Part shown: positions 20,818 to 34,517 of the stretch, in pieces | Position numbering within the stretch: the stretch's first letter is position 1 | Layout of the letters: every line of letters starts with the position of its first letter | From: an uncultured Actinomycetota bacterium | GTDB lineage: Bacteria > Actinomycetota > Actinomycetes > Mycobacteriales > Mycobacteriaceae | NCBI GenBank assembly: GCA_963804905.1 | Contig: CAWDSB010000008.1 | Coordinates: 192,053-256,052, forward strand | Length of the DNA: 64,000 nt | Direction: 5' to 3' | Program-made: the position numbers and the translations under genes | The notes under the pieces: generated by a model | Seen by the model: only the letters and a program-made list of their open reading frames with translations | Told to the model about the DNA's origin: nothing | Databases searched by the model: none

Positions 20818-22374
20818 TCAGGGACGCCGCAGCGCCGATACGTTGTCGTTATCGGCCTGCAACGGCAGGCCGGTCCGGGCGGCGGTCGCGAGCATCTGCT
20901 CGATGACGTTCTTGCCAAGCGCCGTCTCACCGGGCAGTTCGATCGGGTACTTGCCGTCGAAGCAGGCGGTGCACAACCGAGACGCGGGCTGCTCGGTGGC
21001 CGCGACCATTCCCTGCTGGGAGATGTAGCCGAGGGTATCGGCGCCGATGCCATGCCGGACCGCTTCGAGCATCTCCTCTTCGTTCTCCACCGCGTTGGCG
21101 ATCAATTCGGCCGGCGTGGCGAAGTCGATGCCGTAGAAGCACGGCCACTTCACCGGCGGCGACGCGATCCGCACGTGCACCTCGACCGCACCGGCCTCGC
21201 GCAGCATCCGCACAAGGGCGCGCTGCGTGTTGCCTCGAACGATGGAGTCGTCGACGACGATGAGCCGCTTGCCGCGGATTACCTCTCGCAGCGGGTTGAG
21301 TTTCAGCCGAATACCCAGCTGACGGATGGTCTGCGACGGCTGGATGAACGTGCGCCCGACGTAGGCGTTCTTGGTCAGGCCCTGCCCGTAGGGAATGCCC
21401 GACTCCTGCGCGTAGCCGACCGCGGCGGGGATACCGGACTCCGGAACGCCGATCACCAGGTCGGCGTCAACCGGCCGCTCCCTGGCCAGCCTGCGGCCGA
21501 TGTCGACGCGGGTCTTGTGCACCGACCGGCCTGCGATCGTGCTGTCGGGCCGCGCCAGGTACACGTACTCGAACACGCAGCCCTTCGGCGAGGGCGGGGC
21601 GAACCGGCTGGAGCGGACGCCGTCGGCGTCGATGGCCAGCAGCTCACCGGGCTCGATGTCGCGGACGAAGGAGGCGCCGACGATGTCCAGCGCGGCGGTC
21701 TCGGAGGCCACCACCCAGCCGCGGTCGAGACGCCCGAGCGACAGCGGCCGCACGCCGTAGGGGTCACGGGCCGCATAGAGGGTGTTCTCGTCCATGAACG
21801 TCAGGCAGAACGCACCACGCACGGTGGGCAGCAGCTCCAGAGCGGCCTGCTCCAGCGATGAGTCCGCCGCGCCGTCGGCCAGCAGGGCGCCGAGAATGTC
21901 GGAGTCGGTGGTTGCCGCGGTGCCTCCGCGGGTGTTGATCAAGCCTGCGTCGCGGGCACGGCCCGCCAGCTCGGTGGCGTTGACGAGGTTGCCGTTGTGT
22001 CCCAGCGCGACGCCGGTGCCCGCTGCCGTGTTGCGGAACACAGGCTGGGCGTTCTCCCACGTCGTGGATCCGCTGGTGGAGTAGCGGCAGTGCCCGATGG
22101 CGACGTGGCCCTCCATGGCGCCCAGCGTCTGCTCGTCGAAGACCTGGCTGACCAGCCCGAGGTCCTTGAACACCAGCACCTGGGAGCCGTCTGCGACCGC
22201 GATACCTGCGGCTTCCTGGCCGCGGTGCTGAAGGGCGTACAGGCCGTAATAGGTGAGCTTGGCGACCTCTTCGCCCGGCGCCCACACGCCGAATACGCCG
22301 CACTCTTCTTTTGGTTCGTCCGATGAGCCCGCTGGGCGACGAGGATCGATGGAGTCCGTCGGTATGGCGGTCAC
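20818..22374 (-). CDS. purF: Amidophosphoribosyltransferase
   Basis: 518 aa. N-terminal Cys nucleophile (ECGVFGVW), PRTase motif, C-terminal 4Fe-4S cysteines. Confidence 0.9.
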   Translation of the reverse strand: MTAIPTDSIDPRRPAGSSDEPKEECGVFGVWAPGEEVAKLTYYGLYALQHRGQEAAGIAVADGSQVLVFKDLGLVSQVFDEQTLGAMEGHVAIGHCRYSTSGSTTWENAQPVFRNTAAGTGVALGHNGNLVNATELAGRARDAGLINTRGGTAATTDSDILGALLADGAADSSLEQAALELLPTVRGAFCLTFMDENTLYAARDPYGVRPLSLGRLDRGWVVASETAALDIVGASFVRDIEPGELLAIDADGVRSSRFAPPSPKGCVFEYVYLARPDSTIAGRSVHKTRVDIGRRLARERPVDADLVIGVPESGIPAAVGYAQESGIPYGQGLTKNAYVGRTFIQPSQTIRQLGIRLKLNPLREVIRGKRLIVVDDSIVRGNTQRALVRMLREAGAVEVHVRIASPPVKWPCFYGIDFATPAELIANAVENEEEMLEAVRHGIGADTLGYISQQGMVAATEQPASRLCTACFDGKYPIELPGETALGKNVIEQMLATAARTGLPLQADNDNVSALRRP

Positions 22375-22513
22375 GATAGGGCTGCTCCCATGGGGCGGTG
22401 GGTGACGTGTTCAGTCTACGGTCATCGCTTGTTAATCACGGAATCGCGGGCGCTCATGTCGCCCACTTGTTCAATCGATCGGGGCCCCGTTTTCGATTCC
22501 CGGCGCGGGGCGG

Positions 22514-22906
22514 TCAGCCGTCGAGGGGCACGACGGGCAGGACCGTCGCGACCTCGGGAGCACGGGCGCCCGACAGTTGCAATGCCCCGCTGGATGCGGC
22601 ATCGGCGACGGTTCGCAGACCGGTGGCAAGCAGCAGCCAGGTTCTCGGATCGGTCTCGACGACGTTGGGTGGAGTGCCACGGGTATGCCTGGGCCCTGAA
22701 ATACATTGCACGGCAACGAATGGCGGCACACGGACCTCGACGCTGGCACCCGGCGCGGTCGCGGCGAGGGTGCGGGCGGTCAGCCGGACCGCGTCGGCGA
22801 GCGCGGATCGCTCAGGCGGAGGCCGATTCTCGTCGCGCAGCCAGTCGGCGACCGCGAGGACGGCGGCGCGCGTCTTCGCTGGATCGACGGTGCGAGAGCC
22901 GGGCAT
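22514..22906 (-). CDS. Conserved hypothetical protein (Rv0807-like, SCP2-like)
   Basis: 130-aa ORF immediately upstream of purF, as Rv0807 is in Mtb. Confidence 0.45.
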   Translation of the reverse strand: MPGSRTVDPAKTRAAVLAVADWLRDENRPPPERSALADAVRLTARTLAATAPGASVEVRVPPFVAVQCISGPRHTRGTPPNVVETDPRTWLLLATGLRTVADAASSGALQLSGARAPEVATVLPVVPLDG

Positions 22907-22922
22907 ACCTTAGTGTCTCAAG

Positions 22923-24119
22923 GTGTTTGTCGACCGCCACACGCCGCCCTACAAGGTTGCAGGGGCGGTGCTCATGGTGCTCGTTGCGGTAGTGGTGAGT
23001 TTCGTTTATTTGCAGTTCCGCGGCGAGTTGGGGTCGAAAACCCAGCTGACACTGTTGTCCTCGCGCGCCGGCCTCGTGGTGGATCCCGGCTCGAAGGTGA
23101 CCTACAACGGCGTTGAGATCGGCAAGGTGGCCGCCGTCGAGCACGTGAATGTCGACGACACGGCCAAGGCCGAGCTGACGCTGAACGTCGAACGCCGCTA
23201 CATCTCCTTGATTCCGGCCAATGTGATCGCCGACATCAGGGCGACGACGGTGTTCGGCAACAAGTACATCTCCTTCAGATCACCGAAAGACCCGACTTCA
23301 CGGCGGATTTCGAGCCGGGACTTGATCGAGGCGTCGTCGGTGACGACGGAGTTCAACACGCTGTTCGAAACCGTGATGTCGATCGCGGACCAGGTCGATC
23401 CGATCAAGCTCAACGCCACGTTGACCGCGACGGCCCAGGCGCTGACTGTGTGGGCGAGCGGTTCGGGAACTCGCTCATCGACGCGAACCGGATACTGGAC
23501 GATCTGAACCCGCGGATGCCACAGATCCGCGCCGCCACCGAGGGGGTGGCCGATCTCGCCGACGTGTACGCAGCCGCCTCCCCCGATCTGTGGGACGGCC
23601 TCGAGAACGCCGTGACCACCGCCCGCACGTTCAACGACCAGCGCGAAAACATCGACACGGCACTGATGGCGGCGATCGGTTTCAGCAACACGGCCGCCGA
23701 CAGCTTCGAACGCGGCGGCCCGTATCTCGTGCGCGGCAGCGAGGATCTGCTGCCGACGACGAAGCTGCTCGACGACTACCGGGACATGATCTTCTGCACC
23801 GCCCGCAACTACGCGGGTGGGCCGAGGATCGCCAAGGTGCTCGGCGGCGCAACGGCTACGCGCTGCACTCGTCGGGCACCATCCTCCCGCCGGGCAGCGT
23901 TCGTCTACCGACAACCTGCCGCGGGTGAACGCCAGGGGCGGACCAGAGGGTCGGCCCGGCTGCTGGAAGAAGGTCACCAAGTACCTGTATCCGTTCCTGT
24001 ATCTGGTGATGGACACCGGTGTCAGCATCGCCCCGTACAACCACTTGGAGATCGCGTCGCCGATCGCCACCGACTACGTCTGGGGCCGGCAGTTCGGCGA
24101 GCCCACAATCAACCCGTAA
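22923..24119 (+). pseudogene. Orphan Mce-family (MceA-like) gene disrupted by three frameshifts
   Basis: N-terminal MlaD domain in frame 0 (22923..about 23460). Middle section in frame 2 (…KLLDDYRDMIFCTARNY). NGYALHSSG in frame 1. C-terminal TDNLPRVNARGGP…YVWGRQFGEPTINP in frame 0. No yrbE or other mce genes adjacent. Confidence 0.6.
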
Positions 24120-24757
24120 CCGTTGGTCCACACACACCGGCGCGCCGCTGGACGACAGACGCGGCGACCGCACCCGCTTCGTTGATGGCGAGGTGCGCCA
24201 GCATCGGGGCCGCCAGGCTGCCGGAGCACTCGCGCAGCAGTGCGAAGAGCCAACCCGCGACGCCGGTGACCAATACGGTGCCGATCACCGGCTCATCGGT
24301 GCCACGGGCATCGGCGATGTGCGACAGGCCGAATGCCAACGACTGCACCAACCGGCCGACCGTCGACCCGAATGCGTCTGCCGCGACGGTGCCCAAGCGC
24401 CGCGCGGAACGCAGCCTCCTCCGACCACACCGTGCCGATAGGGATGCGCACCAGCAGCCACGGCGCCTGCGGGCGCGGCAGATCGCGGTCGGCCATCGCT
24501 ACCCGCACGGGCGGCGCCGCCGTCGACGCCGCCACCCCCAAAGCCACCGGCGCGGCCACCGCCAGCCCGAGTCGCAGACCCGACCACAATGCGGGTGGCC
24601 GCAGGCCGAGCGGCGCGCCGGTCGCTGCGACGAGTCCGGCACCGAGGAGCGCGTGGATGAGGGCGCGCAAGCGCAATGGTATCCGCGGACCGACAAGCCC
24701 GTTCCAGCCGACCAGCGCCGCTGCCAATGCGAGCGCCCGGATTCGCTTGGCGTGCAC
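24109..24757 (-). pseudogene. CPBP-family (CAAX-type) intramembrane metalloprotease with one frameshift
   Basis: Motif 1 EEAAFR in ORF 24293..24757. Motifs FGLSH and HLAIN in ORF 24109..24396 (+1 frame). Frame change at a GGG run near 24385. Confidence 0.5.
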
Positions 24758-26520
24758 TAATACTCGGGTCCGTCATCGGCTTCGGTCTTCTCCAGCGCCA
24801 ACCGAATGCGTTCGGTGTCCTCGGTGGTCCAGCCGTCGGGGGGCGCGACAGCGGCCCAGCCGTCGAGGACGTACTCGCCGTAGTTGTGGCCGTGCCCGCC
24901 GGGAACCGACGCCGCATTGGTCATGTCGGCGGCGACCTGCCAGAACGTGACGATGGGGTACCAGCGCATCAGTGGCGGCCGGTCCCTGCCCGGCGGTTCC
25001 TTCAGCCAGTCCGGCCGGGTGAACATCAGATCCTCCGACCACCAGACGATCGGGTCCGAAGAGTGCTGCAGGAACAGCACCCGCGTGCCATCCCATGGCG
25101 CATCCGTGTCGGACGCGATCTCTGCGGCGCCGGTGGCCTGCGAGAACCGGACGGTGCGTCCGTTGTCGTAGCGTGGCTCGACTTCGGGGGTCCCGGGGTC
25201 ACGCCGGACGGTGATCGCCCTCCACAGCGGGCTGGCGTTGGGCGGGCCCACCCAGAGCACGGACGAGAACCCCATCCGCGCGATGTCGGGCAGCCAGCTG
25301 AACGCACCCTGGCCTGCCATGGAGCCGAGGCTCTCGCCGTAGAGCATCAGCTTGGGCCGTCGGTCCGGCGATAGCCGCAGCCACCAGTCGTGGATCGCGT
25401 CGATCATCGTCCGGCCGGAGTCCATCGACTTCTCGCGGTCGCCCAAAAACGAAATCCAGCTCGGCAGATACGAGTACTGCGATCCGACCAGCGCGGTGTC
25501 ACCGTTGTACATCAACTCCAGCGCCCGGGCGGCGACGGGGTTGATCCACCCGGTGCCGGTCGTCGGAATGATGACCAGCACCTTGCGTTCGAACGCGCGC
25601 GTGCGGTCCAGCTCGCGAACCAGGATGTCCGCACGCTCCTGATCGGTGCCTGCGGTCTGCAGCCCCGCGTAGACCCGGATGGGCTCCTTGGCGGGGCCGC
25701 CGTTGAGCCGGGACAGCTCACTCGTGTGCGGGCCGGTGGCGACGAAGTTGCGGCCCTGAAACCCCAGCGTGTCCCACGGTGCGAAAGACATTGGGCTGCC
25801 GGATCGTTCGCGATCCATCGGTTGGATGATCCCGGCCCGGGTGGTGGTGTTCTGTGGTTGGAACACCCGGTTGGCGCCTGCCAGGAACCCGCGGATCGCC
25901 ACGCCGTTGATCAGTGTGATCGCCAGCACGACGACGATGGCGGTGCCGATGAACAGCGCAACCTCGTCATGCAGGTGCCAGCGCCGGATGAAGTACCGGG
26001 CCATCGTCTTGATCAGGTCGATGATCACTCGCGCAGCGGACACGCATATGCCTCCGGCGAGCACGGCGATGATCAGGGTGCGGAGATAGCCGGCAGTTCC
26101 CGGACCTTCCATTCCCGCTCACGGCGGACACCTGGCGCTGCCATGCCGCGGCCGGGATCAGCATCAGCACGCTCGCGGTCGCCGACAGCGCGACGGTGGC
26201 CGCCTTCAGCCAGTAGAGCACCCGCTTCGACGGAGGCCACCATTCCCGGCGTTGTAACACGAAGCGGCGCACCATTTTTCCGGAGAACACGCCGATCCCG
26301 TAGCCGATGGCCGCATTGAGCCCACCGATCAGACCCTGAAACAGCCAGTCGCGCGGCAGTAGTGACGGCGTCAGCGACAGGCAGAAGAACAGCGCGCCGA
26401 ACGCGACGCCGACGAAGTCGAGACGCACAAGCCTCCACGCCCATACCAGCAGCGGATGGCGTTGCTTGCGCTCGTGGGTTGCGGCGACCGGTTCGCCGGT
26501 GATGTCGTCGGTCGGAACAC

Positions 26521-26524
<4 letters not shown>
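24757..26524 (-). pseudogene. Abhydrolase_9-type membrane alpha/beta hydrolase split by one frameshift
   Basis: N-terminal membrane domain in ORF 25967..26524. Hydrolase body in ORF 24757..26112, in a different frame. Junction near 26110. Start overlaps the purL stop. Confidence 0.55.
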
Positions 26525-28827
<2,303 letters not shown>

Positions 28828-28898
28828 GCGGTCAGTCTAGTTTGCGACCGTCGGCACGTGTGTTTGGCGGCGGGCGCGCCGACGCCGCGCCCCGATGT

Positions 28899-29246
28899 TC
28901 AGCCCGCGGGCGCCACACAGAACGCGTGGCCGTCGGGGTCGGCGAGCACCACCCAGGCGAAATCGCCGAAGTTGTGCCTGCCGGTTTCGGTGGCGCCGAG
29001 CTCGACGAGCCGCTTGACCTCCGCCTCCACGTCGGCGGTGCTGAAGTCGATGTGCACCCGGTTCTTGCCGGGCGTGGGATCGTCGACCTTCTGGAATGCC
29101 AGCCCAGGACCGTCCGAGCGGGTCACGGTGACGAAAAACGGTGGTGCGACGGGGTTTACCTGCCCGCCGAGCGCGCGGGCCCACCAGTCGGCGAGCTTCT
29201 CGGGGTCGATGCAGTCGAACGTGATGTTTTCGGTCTTGAGCGCCAT
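28899..29246 (-). CDS. VOC/glyoxalase-family protein
   Basis: Start taken at internal MALKTENITF. Glyoxalase-like beta-alpha-beta-beta-beta fold sequence. Upstream in-frame extension lacks a plausible RBS. Confidence 0.55.
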   Translation of the reverse strand: MALKTENITFDCIDPEKLADWWARALGGQVNPVAPPFFVTVTRSDGPGLAFQKVDDPTPGKNRVHIDFSTADVEAEVKRLVELGATETGRHNFGDFAWVVLADPDGHAFCVAPAG

Positions 29247-29389
29247 GGGCCCGACCCTATGCCAGCCCGGTGACAAGTCAACGGGATCACAGCCGCCATT
29301 ACCTGCCACGTAATTGAGTGACATCGCAACAAGACGCAGGCTGGCCATAGCACGTCCCAGCAGGGGCGCACCCCAACCAAGGAGGAAGC

Positions 29390-29785
29390 ATGACCCACAC
29401 CCACACCACGCCGGCTTTCAGCGCCGAGATGTGGGCGGCCTTCTGGACGGCCCCTGACATGTCGCGGGTCGGCGACATTCTCGCCGATGACATCGTCGGC
29501 TACTGGCAGGGCGATCCGAAACCGGTACATGGACGCGAGGCCTACGTCGGCAAGATCGAGGACCTCGTCACGGCCGCTCCGGATCTTTCGCTTGAACTTG
29601 TCGACAGCGCGACAGTCGACGCCAGCACTCCGGGCGAGCGGCTCGTCTACCTGCACTACGTCGGGCGTGGCACCGGGCCGGACGGGCCGTTCGCGATCCG
29701 CGGGCTGGACAGGGTCCGCACCCGCGACGGAATGGTCGTCGAGAACGTCATCCGCTACGACCAGGTCGAGCCGGCCTCGATCTGA
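29390..29785 (+). CDS. SnoaL-like / NTF2-fold protein
   Basis: 131 aa. Pattern typical of SnoaL-like polyketide-cyclase-fold proteins. Confidence 0.55.
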   Translation: MTHTHTTPAFSAEMWAAFWTAPDMSRVGDILADDIVGYWQGDPKPVHGREAYVGKIEDLVTAAPDLSLELVDSATVDASTPGERLVYLHYVGRGTGPDGPFAIRGLDRVRTRDGMVVENVIRYDQVEPASI

Positions 29786-29791
29786 GGCTCG

Positions 29792-31045
29792 TCAGCTGGG
29801 AGACAGGAAGGCCGCCAGCGCAGCGAAGTAAGCGGCGACGTCGTCGGCGCCCATCACCTCGCGCGCCGAGTGCATGGCCAACTGGGCCGCGCCGACGTCG
29901 ACGGTGGGGATGCCGGTGCGCGCCGAGGTCATCGGCCCGATCGTCGACCCGCAGGGCAGGTCGGCCCGATGTTCGTAGCGCTGCAGCGGCACCCCCGCCT
30001 GCCGGCAGGCCAGCGCGAACGCGGCGGCGCTGCGGCCGTCGGTGGCGTAGCGCAGGTTCGGTTGCACCTTGAGCACCGGCCCGGCGTTCACCTCGATCAA
30101 GTGGCCCGGCTCGTGGCGCTCGGGGTAGTTCGGGTGGGTGGCGTGTGCCATGTCACCCGACGCCACCATGGATCCGGGTAGCCGACGCAGGAAATCCTCC
30201 CGGCCGCCGCCCGCGGCGAGCGTGATGCGTTCCAGCACGGTCGGCAACAGCTCGGACTGCGCGCCGTGATCCGACTGCGAACCCACTTCCTCGTGATCGA
30301 AAAGGGCGAGCACCGGCAGGTATTCGCTCGGTTGCGCGGCCAGGAATGCTTCCAGCCCTGCATAGCAGGTGGCCTGATTGTCCAGCCGCGGCGCGCTCAC
30401 CAGTTGCTTGTCGGCACCGACGAGTGTCGACGGCGTCAGGTCGTGTGTCATCAGTTCGGCGGCGAGTACGTCGTCGGCGTCGACCTCGGCGCGCTCGGCG
30501 ATGTAGCCGAGGAACGACCGCGGCCCGTCGCCCACTCCCCATACCGCGTTGACGTGCCGCTGAGGATCCAGGGCGACGGCCTTGCGGTCTTCGGCGAGAT
30601 GGATGGCCAGCTGCGGCACGCGCAGGATCGGCTCGTCGATGCGCAGCAGCCGGTGATTGACGGTGCCGCCGGTCCGGACCGACAGCCGGCCGCTTATCCC
30701 GAGATCGCGGTCCAGCCACGAGTTCAGCCACGCGCCGCCGTAGGGCTGCAGCGCGACGACCTGCCAACCCGACACGAACCGGTCGGGATGCTGCTTGACC
30801 CGCAGGTTGGGACTATCGGTGTGGGCACCGACGATCCGGAACGGCAGATGCTGCTCGGTGCTGTTCCACGCGACCAGTGAGCCGGCCCGCACGGTGAAGA
30901 AGCGGCCCGTTTCCGGCCAGGCGTCCCGCTCGGACAGTTCGGTGAAGCCTGCCGCGCTGAGCCGCTGCGCGGCGGTCACGCAGACGTGAAACGGCGACGG
31001 CGACGCGTCGACGAACTCGCACAGCCCGTGCGGAGTAGCTGGCAT
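29792..31045 (-). CDS. M18-family aspartyl aminopeptidase (PepC/ApeB-like)
   Basis: 417 aa. M18 metal-ligand motifs (GAHTDSP, DHEEVGS). Rv0800 position beside the DyP/encapsulin pair. Confidence 0.85.
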   Translation of the reverse strand: MPATPHGLCEFVDASPSPFHVCVTAAQRLSAAGFTELSERDAWPETGRFFTVRAGSLVAWNSTEQHLPFRIVGAHTDSPNLRVKQHPDRFVSGWQVVALQPYGGAWLNSWLDRDLGISGRLSVRTGGTVNHRLLRIDEPILRVPQLAIHLAEDRKAVALDPQRHVNAVWGVGDGPRSFLGYIAERAEVDADDVLAAELMTHDLTPSTLVGADKQLVSAPRLDNQATCYAGLEAFLAAQPSEYLPVLALFDHEEVGSQSDHGAQSELLPTVLERITLAAGGGREDFLRRLPGSMVASGDMAHATHPNYPERHEPGHLIEVNAGPVLKVQPNLRYATDGRSAAAFALACRQAGVPLQRYEHRADLPCGSTIGPMTSARTGIPTVDVGAAQLAMHSAREVMGADDVAAYFAALAAFLSPS

Positions 31046-31085
31046 GGTTCACCATCATTGCCGACGATCTTGAAGCTAAGGTCAG

Positions 31086-32121
31086 ATGGTGCCCGATCCC
31101 CTGCCGCAGCCGGTTCTGGCGCCCTTGACACCCGCCGCCATCTTCCTGGTGGCCACGATCGACGACGACGGTGAATCAGCGGTCCACGATGCGTTGCCGG
31201 ACATCTCCGGGCTGGTGCGCTCGATCGGCTTCCGCGATCCGACCAAGCGGCTGTCGGTGGTCACGTCGATCGGCTCCGATGCGTGGGATCGGCTGTTCTC
31301 CGGACCACGCCCGGCCGAACTGCACCCGTTCATCGAAATCCAGGGCGGCCGCCATGACGCACCCGCGACGCCGGGTGATCTGCTGTTCCACATCAGGGCC
31401 GAGTCGATGGACGTCTGCTTCGAGCTGGCGTCCAAGCTCGTCGATGCGATCTCCGGAGCGATCACGGTCGTCGACGAAGTGCACGGCTTCAAGTTCTTCG
31501 ACAACCGCGACCTGATGGGTTTCGTCGACGGCACCGAGAACCCAGACGGCCCAATCGCGTTGTCCGCCACCCAGATCGGTGACGAGGACTCCGACTTCGC
31601 GGGCGGCAGCTACGTGCATGTCCAGAAATACGTGCACGATATGGAAACGTGGAACTCGCTGTCGACCGAGGAGCAGGAGCGGGTCATCGGGCGAACCAAG
31701 CTCGACGACATCGAACTCGACGACGCGGTCAAGCCGGCCAACTCGCACCTCGCGCTCAACGTCATCGAGGACGACGACGGCAACGAACTGAAGATCGTGC
31801 GCCACAACATGCCGTTCGGCGAGGTGGGCAAGGGCGAGTTCGGCACGTACTACATCGGTTACTCGCGCACCCCCGCGGTCACCGAGCGGATGTTGAACAA
31901 CATGTTCATCGGTGATCCACCGGGAAACACCGACCGAATCCTCGATTTCTCGACGGCCTTGACCGGCGGCATGTTCTTCACTCCCACCGTCGACTTCCTT
32001 GATGACCCACCGCCACTGGCGGGTTCGGGTCCCGAGGACGATGCCCCGGCCACCCCCACTCGTTTCCCCGTCCCGCGACGGATCACTCGGCATCGGCAGC
32101 CTGAAAGGAACTCACCGATGA
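31086..32121 (+). pseudogene. DyP-type peroxidase (encapsulin cargo); a single-base frameshift immediately upstream of its cargo-loading peptide fuses it in frame to encapsulin in this assembly
   Basis: DyP core down to …FFTPTVDFLDDPPPLAGSGPEDDAPATPTRFPVP. The canonical targeting peptide DGSLGIGSLKGTHR and a TGA (32119-32121) are in the +1 frame. The zero frame instead reads through into the encapsulin ATG. Confidence 0.75.
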
Positions 32122-32915
32122 ACAACCTTTACCGCGATCTAGCTCCGATCACCGAAGAGGCTTGGGCGGAAATCGAATTGGAGGCGACGCGGACTTTCAA
32201 GCGGAATATCGCCGGAAGGCGCGTCGTCGATGTCAGTGAGCCCGGTGGTCCCGTCACCGCGGCGATCAGCACCGGACACCTGCTCGATGTCGTCCCGCCC
32301 GGCGACGGCGTGGTGGCCCATCTGCGCGAAAGCAAGCCGCTGGTGCGGCTGCGGGTGCCGTTCACGGTGTCGCGGACCGACATCGACGACGTGGAGCGCG
32401 GTTCGCAGGACTCGAACTGGGATCCGGTCAAGGATGCCGCCAAGAAGCTGGCGTTCGTGGAGGACCGGGCCATCTTCGAGGGCTACGAGGCGGCGTCCAT
32501 CGACGGTATCCGCAATTGCAGCTCCAACCCGGCCCTCGCGTTGCCCGGCGATGCCCGCGAGATCCCCGACGTCATCGCGCAGGCGCTGTCCGAGCTTCGG
32601 CTCGCCGGTGTCGACGGCCCGTATTCGGTGCTGCTGTCTGCCGACGTGTACACCAAGGTCAGCGAGACCACCGAGCACGGCTATCCGATCCGCGAGCACC
32701 TCAACAGACTCGTGGACGGAGACATCATCTGGGCGCCCGCGATCGACGGCGCGTTCGTGCTGTCCACCCGCGGCGGTGATTTCGACCTGCAGCTGGGCAC
32801 CGACGTCTCGATCGGGTACCTGACGCACGACGCCGAGACGGTGCAGCTCTACCTGCAGGAGACGCTGACGTTCGTGTGCTACACCGCGGAAGCGTCGGTG
32901 GCGCTGACGCCCTGA
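32118..32915 (+). CDS. Family-1 encapsulin shell protein (Cfp29-like)
   Basis: 265 aa from ATG 32118 (MNNLYRDLAPITEEAWAEIE…), HK97-fold encapsulin. ATGA overlap with the frame-corrected DyP stop. Confidence 0.85.
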   Translation: MNNLYRDLAPITEEAWAEIELEATRTFKRNIAGRRVVDVSEPGGPVTAAISTGHLLDVVPPGDGVVAHLRESKPLVRLRVPFTVSRTDIDDVERGSQDSNWDPVKDAAKKLAFVEDRAIFEGYEAASIDGIRNCSSNPALALPGDAREIPDVIAQALSELRLAGVDGPYSVLLSADVYTKVSETTEHGYPIREHLNRLVDGDIIWAPAIDGAFVLSTRGGDFDLQLGTDVSIGYLTHDAETVQLYLQETLTFVCYTAEASVALTP

Positions 32916-33099
32916 CCCCATTCCCCCGCGAGCTGGGGGCACCTCCCCGCGTGCAAGGGGGAGCGTGTCTGCGACCGACACGCCGTGAGTTGGCCGGAGT
33001 TTGCGCACGCTCGCAGTGGATTCAGGGCGTGGAATATTTGGTCGGCAATCCGACTTCTCCTGGCATAGCTTCAACCATTCCCCCAGGGAGGCGGGTTTC

Positions 33100-33846
33100 A
33101 TGGCAAACTCATTCGACGGCAGCAAGGCGCTGGTCACCGGGGCCACTGCGGGCATCGGCAAGGCCATCGCCCTGCAACTTGCCCGCGAGGGCGCAGAAGT
33201 AATAGTGCACGGACGCAACGCCGAACGCGGCGCCAAAGCAGTCACAGACATCGAAAATGCCGGTGGCAAAGCCCAATTCATCCAGGCCGACCTGTCCAAG
33301 GCCGACGATGTGCGTCGGCTCGCGGCCGAAGCCGGCCAGGTGGACATCCTTGTCAACAACGCCGGTGTGTACAGCTTCGCTTCGACGTTCGAGACCGAAG
33401 AGGCCGACTTCGACGCCCACTTCGACACTAACCTGCGGGCGCCGTACATCCTGGTCCAGAAGCTCGTCCCCGGCATGATCGACCGCGGGCACGGCACCGT
33501 GGTCAACATCAGCACCGTCGCCGCGAGTACACCATCGGCGGACGCCGGCATCTACGGCGCCAGCAAGGCGGCGCTCGACCTGCTGACGAAGCTCTGGGCC
33601 GACGAGTTCGGCGGGGCGGGGATACGCGTGAATGCCATCGCACCCGGACCGGTCGAGACCGAAGGCACATCGGAAATACCCGACCTCGTCGAAGGCCTGG
33701 CTCGTACCAGGGCAATCGAGCGGATCGGTGAGCCCGAGGAGATCGCCCAAGCGGTCGCGTTCATAGCCTCACCCGCAGCGAGTTACATCAACGGCGTGGT
33801 TCTACCCGTGGACGGCGGCGCGAAGGCGCTTCGGCCGGTGGCCTAG
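33100..33846 (+). CDS. SDR-family oxidoreductase
   Basis: [10 protein letters not shown] Rossmann motif, catalytic YGASK. GGGAGG RBS 10 nt upstream of ATG 33100. Confidence 0.75.
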   Translation: MANSFDGSKALVTGATAGIGKAIALQLAREGAEVIVHGRNAERGAKAVTDIENAGGKAQFIQADLSKADDVRRLAAEAGQVDILVNNAGVYSFASTFETEEADFDAHFDTNLRAPYILVQKLVPGMIDRGHGTVVNISTVAASTPSADAGIYGASKAALDLLTKLWADEFGGAGIRVNAIAPGPVETEGTSEIPDLVEGLARTRAIERIGEPEEIAQAVAFIASPAASYINGVVLPVDGGAKALRPVA

Positions 33847-34517
33847 GCCGCCAGCACCAGATCGAGTGCGGAGTAGAACAGTCCGAGCCCGTCGTCGGAC
33901 GGCCCGGTGAGCGCCTCGGTGGCGTGCTCGGGGTGCGGCATCAGCCCGACCACTCGTCCATTGGCCGACGAGATGCCCGCGATGTCGCGCATGGAGCCGT
34001 TGGGATTGTCGCGGTAGCGGAACACCACCCGGCCGTCGCCTTCGAGCTTGTCCAGGACGTCCGCGGATGCGACGTAGCGGCCCTCGCCCGACTTCAGCGG
34101 CACCAGCAGGTCGGCGCCGAGCTCGTAGCGCGAGGTCCACGCGGCGGTGTTCGACGCCACTTCCAGCCAGACGTCGCGACATACGAAGTGCAGTCCCGCG
34201 TTGCGGGTGAGCGCGCCCGGCAGCAGCCCGGCCTCGCACAACACTTGAAACCCGTTGCAAATACCCAACACCGGCATTCCGCTGCTCGCCGCTTCGATGA
34301 CGGACTTCATCACCGGCGCGAATTTCGCGATCGCGCCACAGCGCAGGTAATCACCGTAGGAGAAGCCGCCGGGGACGACGACGGCGTCGACCCCCTTGAG
34401 GTCAGGATCGGCGTGCCAGAGGTTCACGGCCTGGGCGCCGGCTCGCCGGACCGCACGCGCGGCGTCGACGTCGTCGAGTGTGCCGGGGAACGTGATAACC
34501 CCCACCCGAGCGGTCAC
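33843..34517 (-). CDS. purQ: Phosphoribosylformylglycinamidine synthase glutaminase subunit
   Basis: 224 aa. Class I GATase triad context (GICNGFQ). Confidence 0.9.
   Translation of the reverse strand: MTARVGVITFPGTLDDVDAARAVRRAGAQAVNLWHADPDLKGVDAVVVPGGFSYGDYLRCGAIAKFAPVMKSVIEAASSGMPVLGICNGFQVLCEAGLLPGALTRNAGLHFVCRDVWLEVASNTAAWTSRYELGADLLVPLKSGEGRYVASADVLDKLEGDGRVVFRYRDNPNGSMRDIAGISSANGRVVGLMPHPEHATEALTGPSDDGLGLFYSALDLVLAA

Noticed and set aside
31086-32915. A natural two-domain DyP-encapsulin protein
   Set aside because: Not accepted as native architecture. The intact cargo-loading peptide and TGA in the +1 frame, with an ATGA overlap to the encapsulin ATG, show the ancestral state was two genes. 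The fusion exists only if the single-base indel is real.
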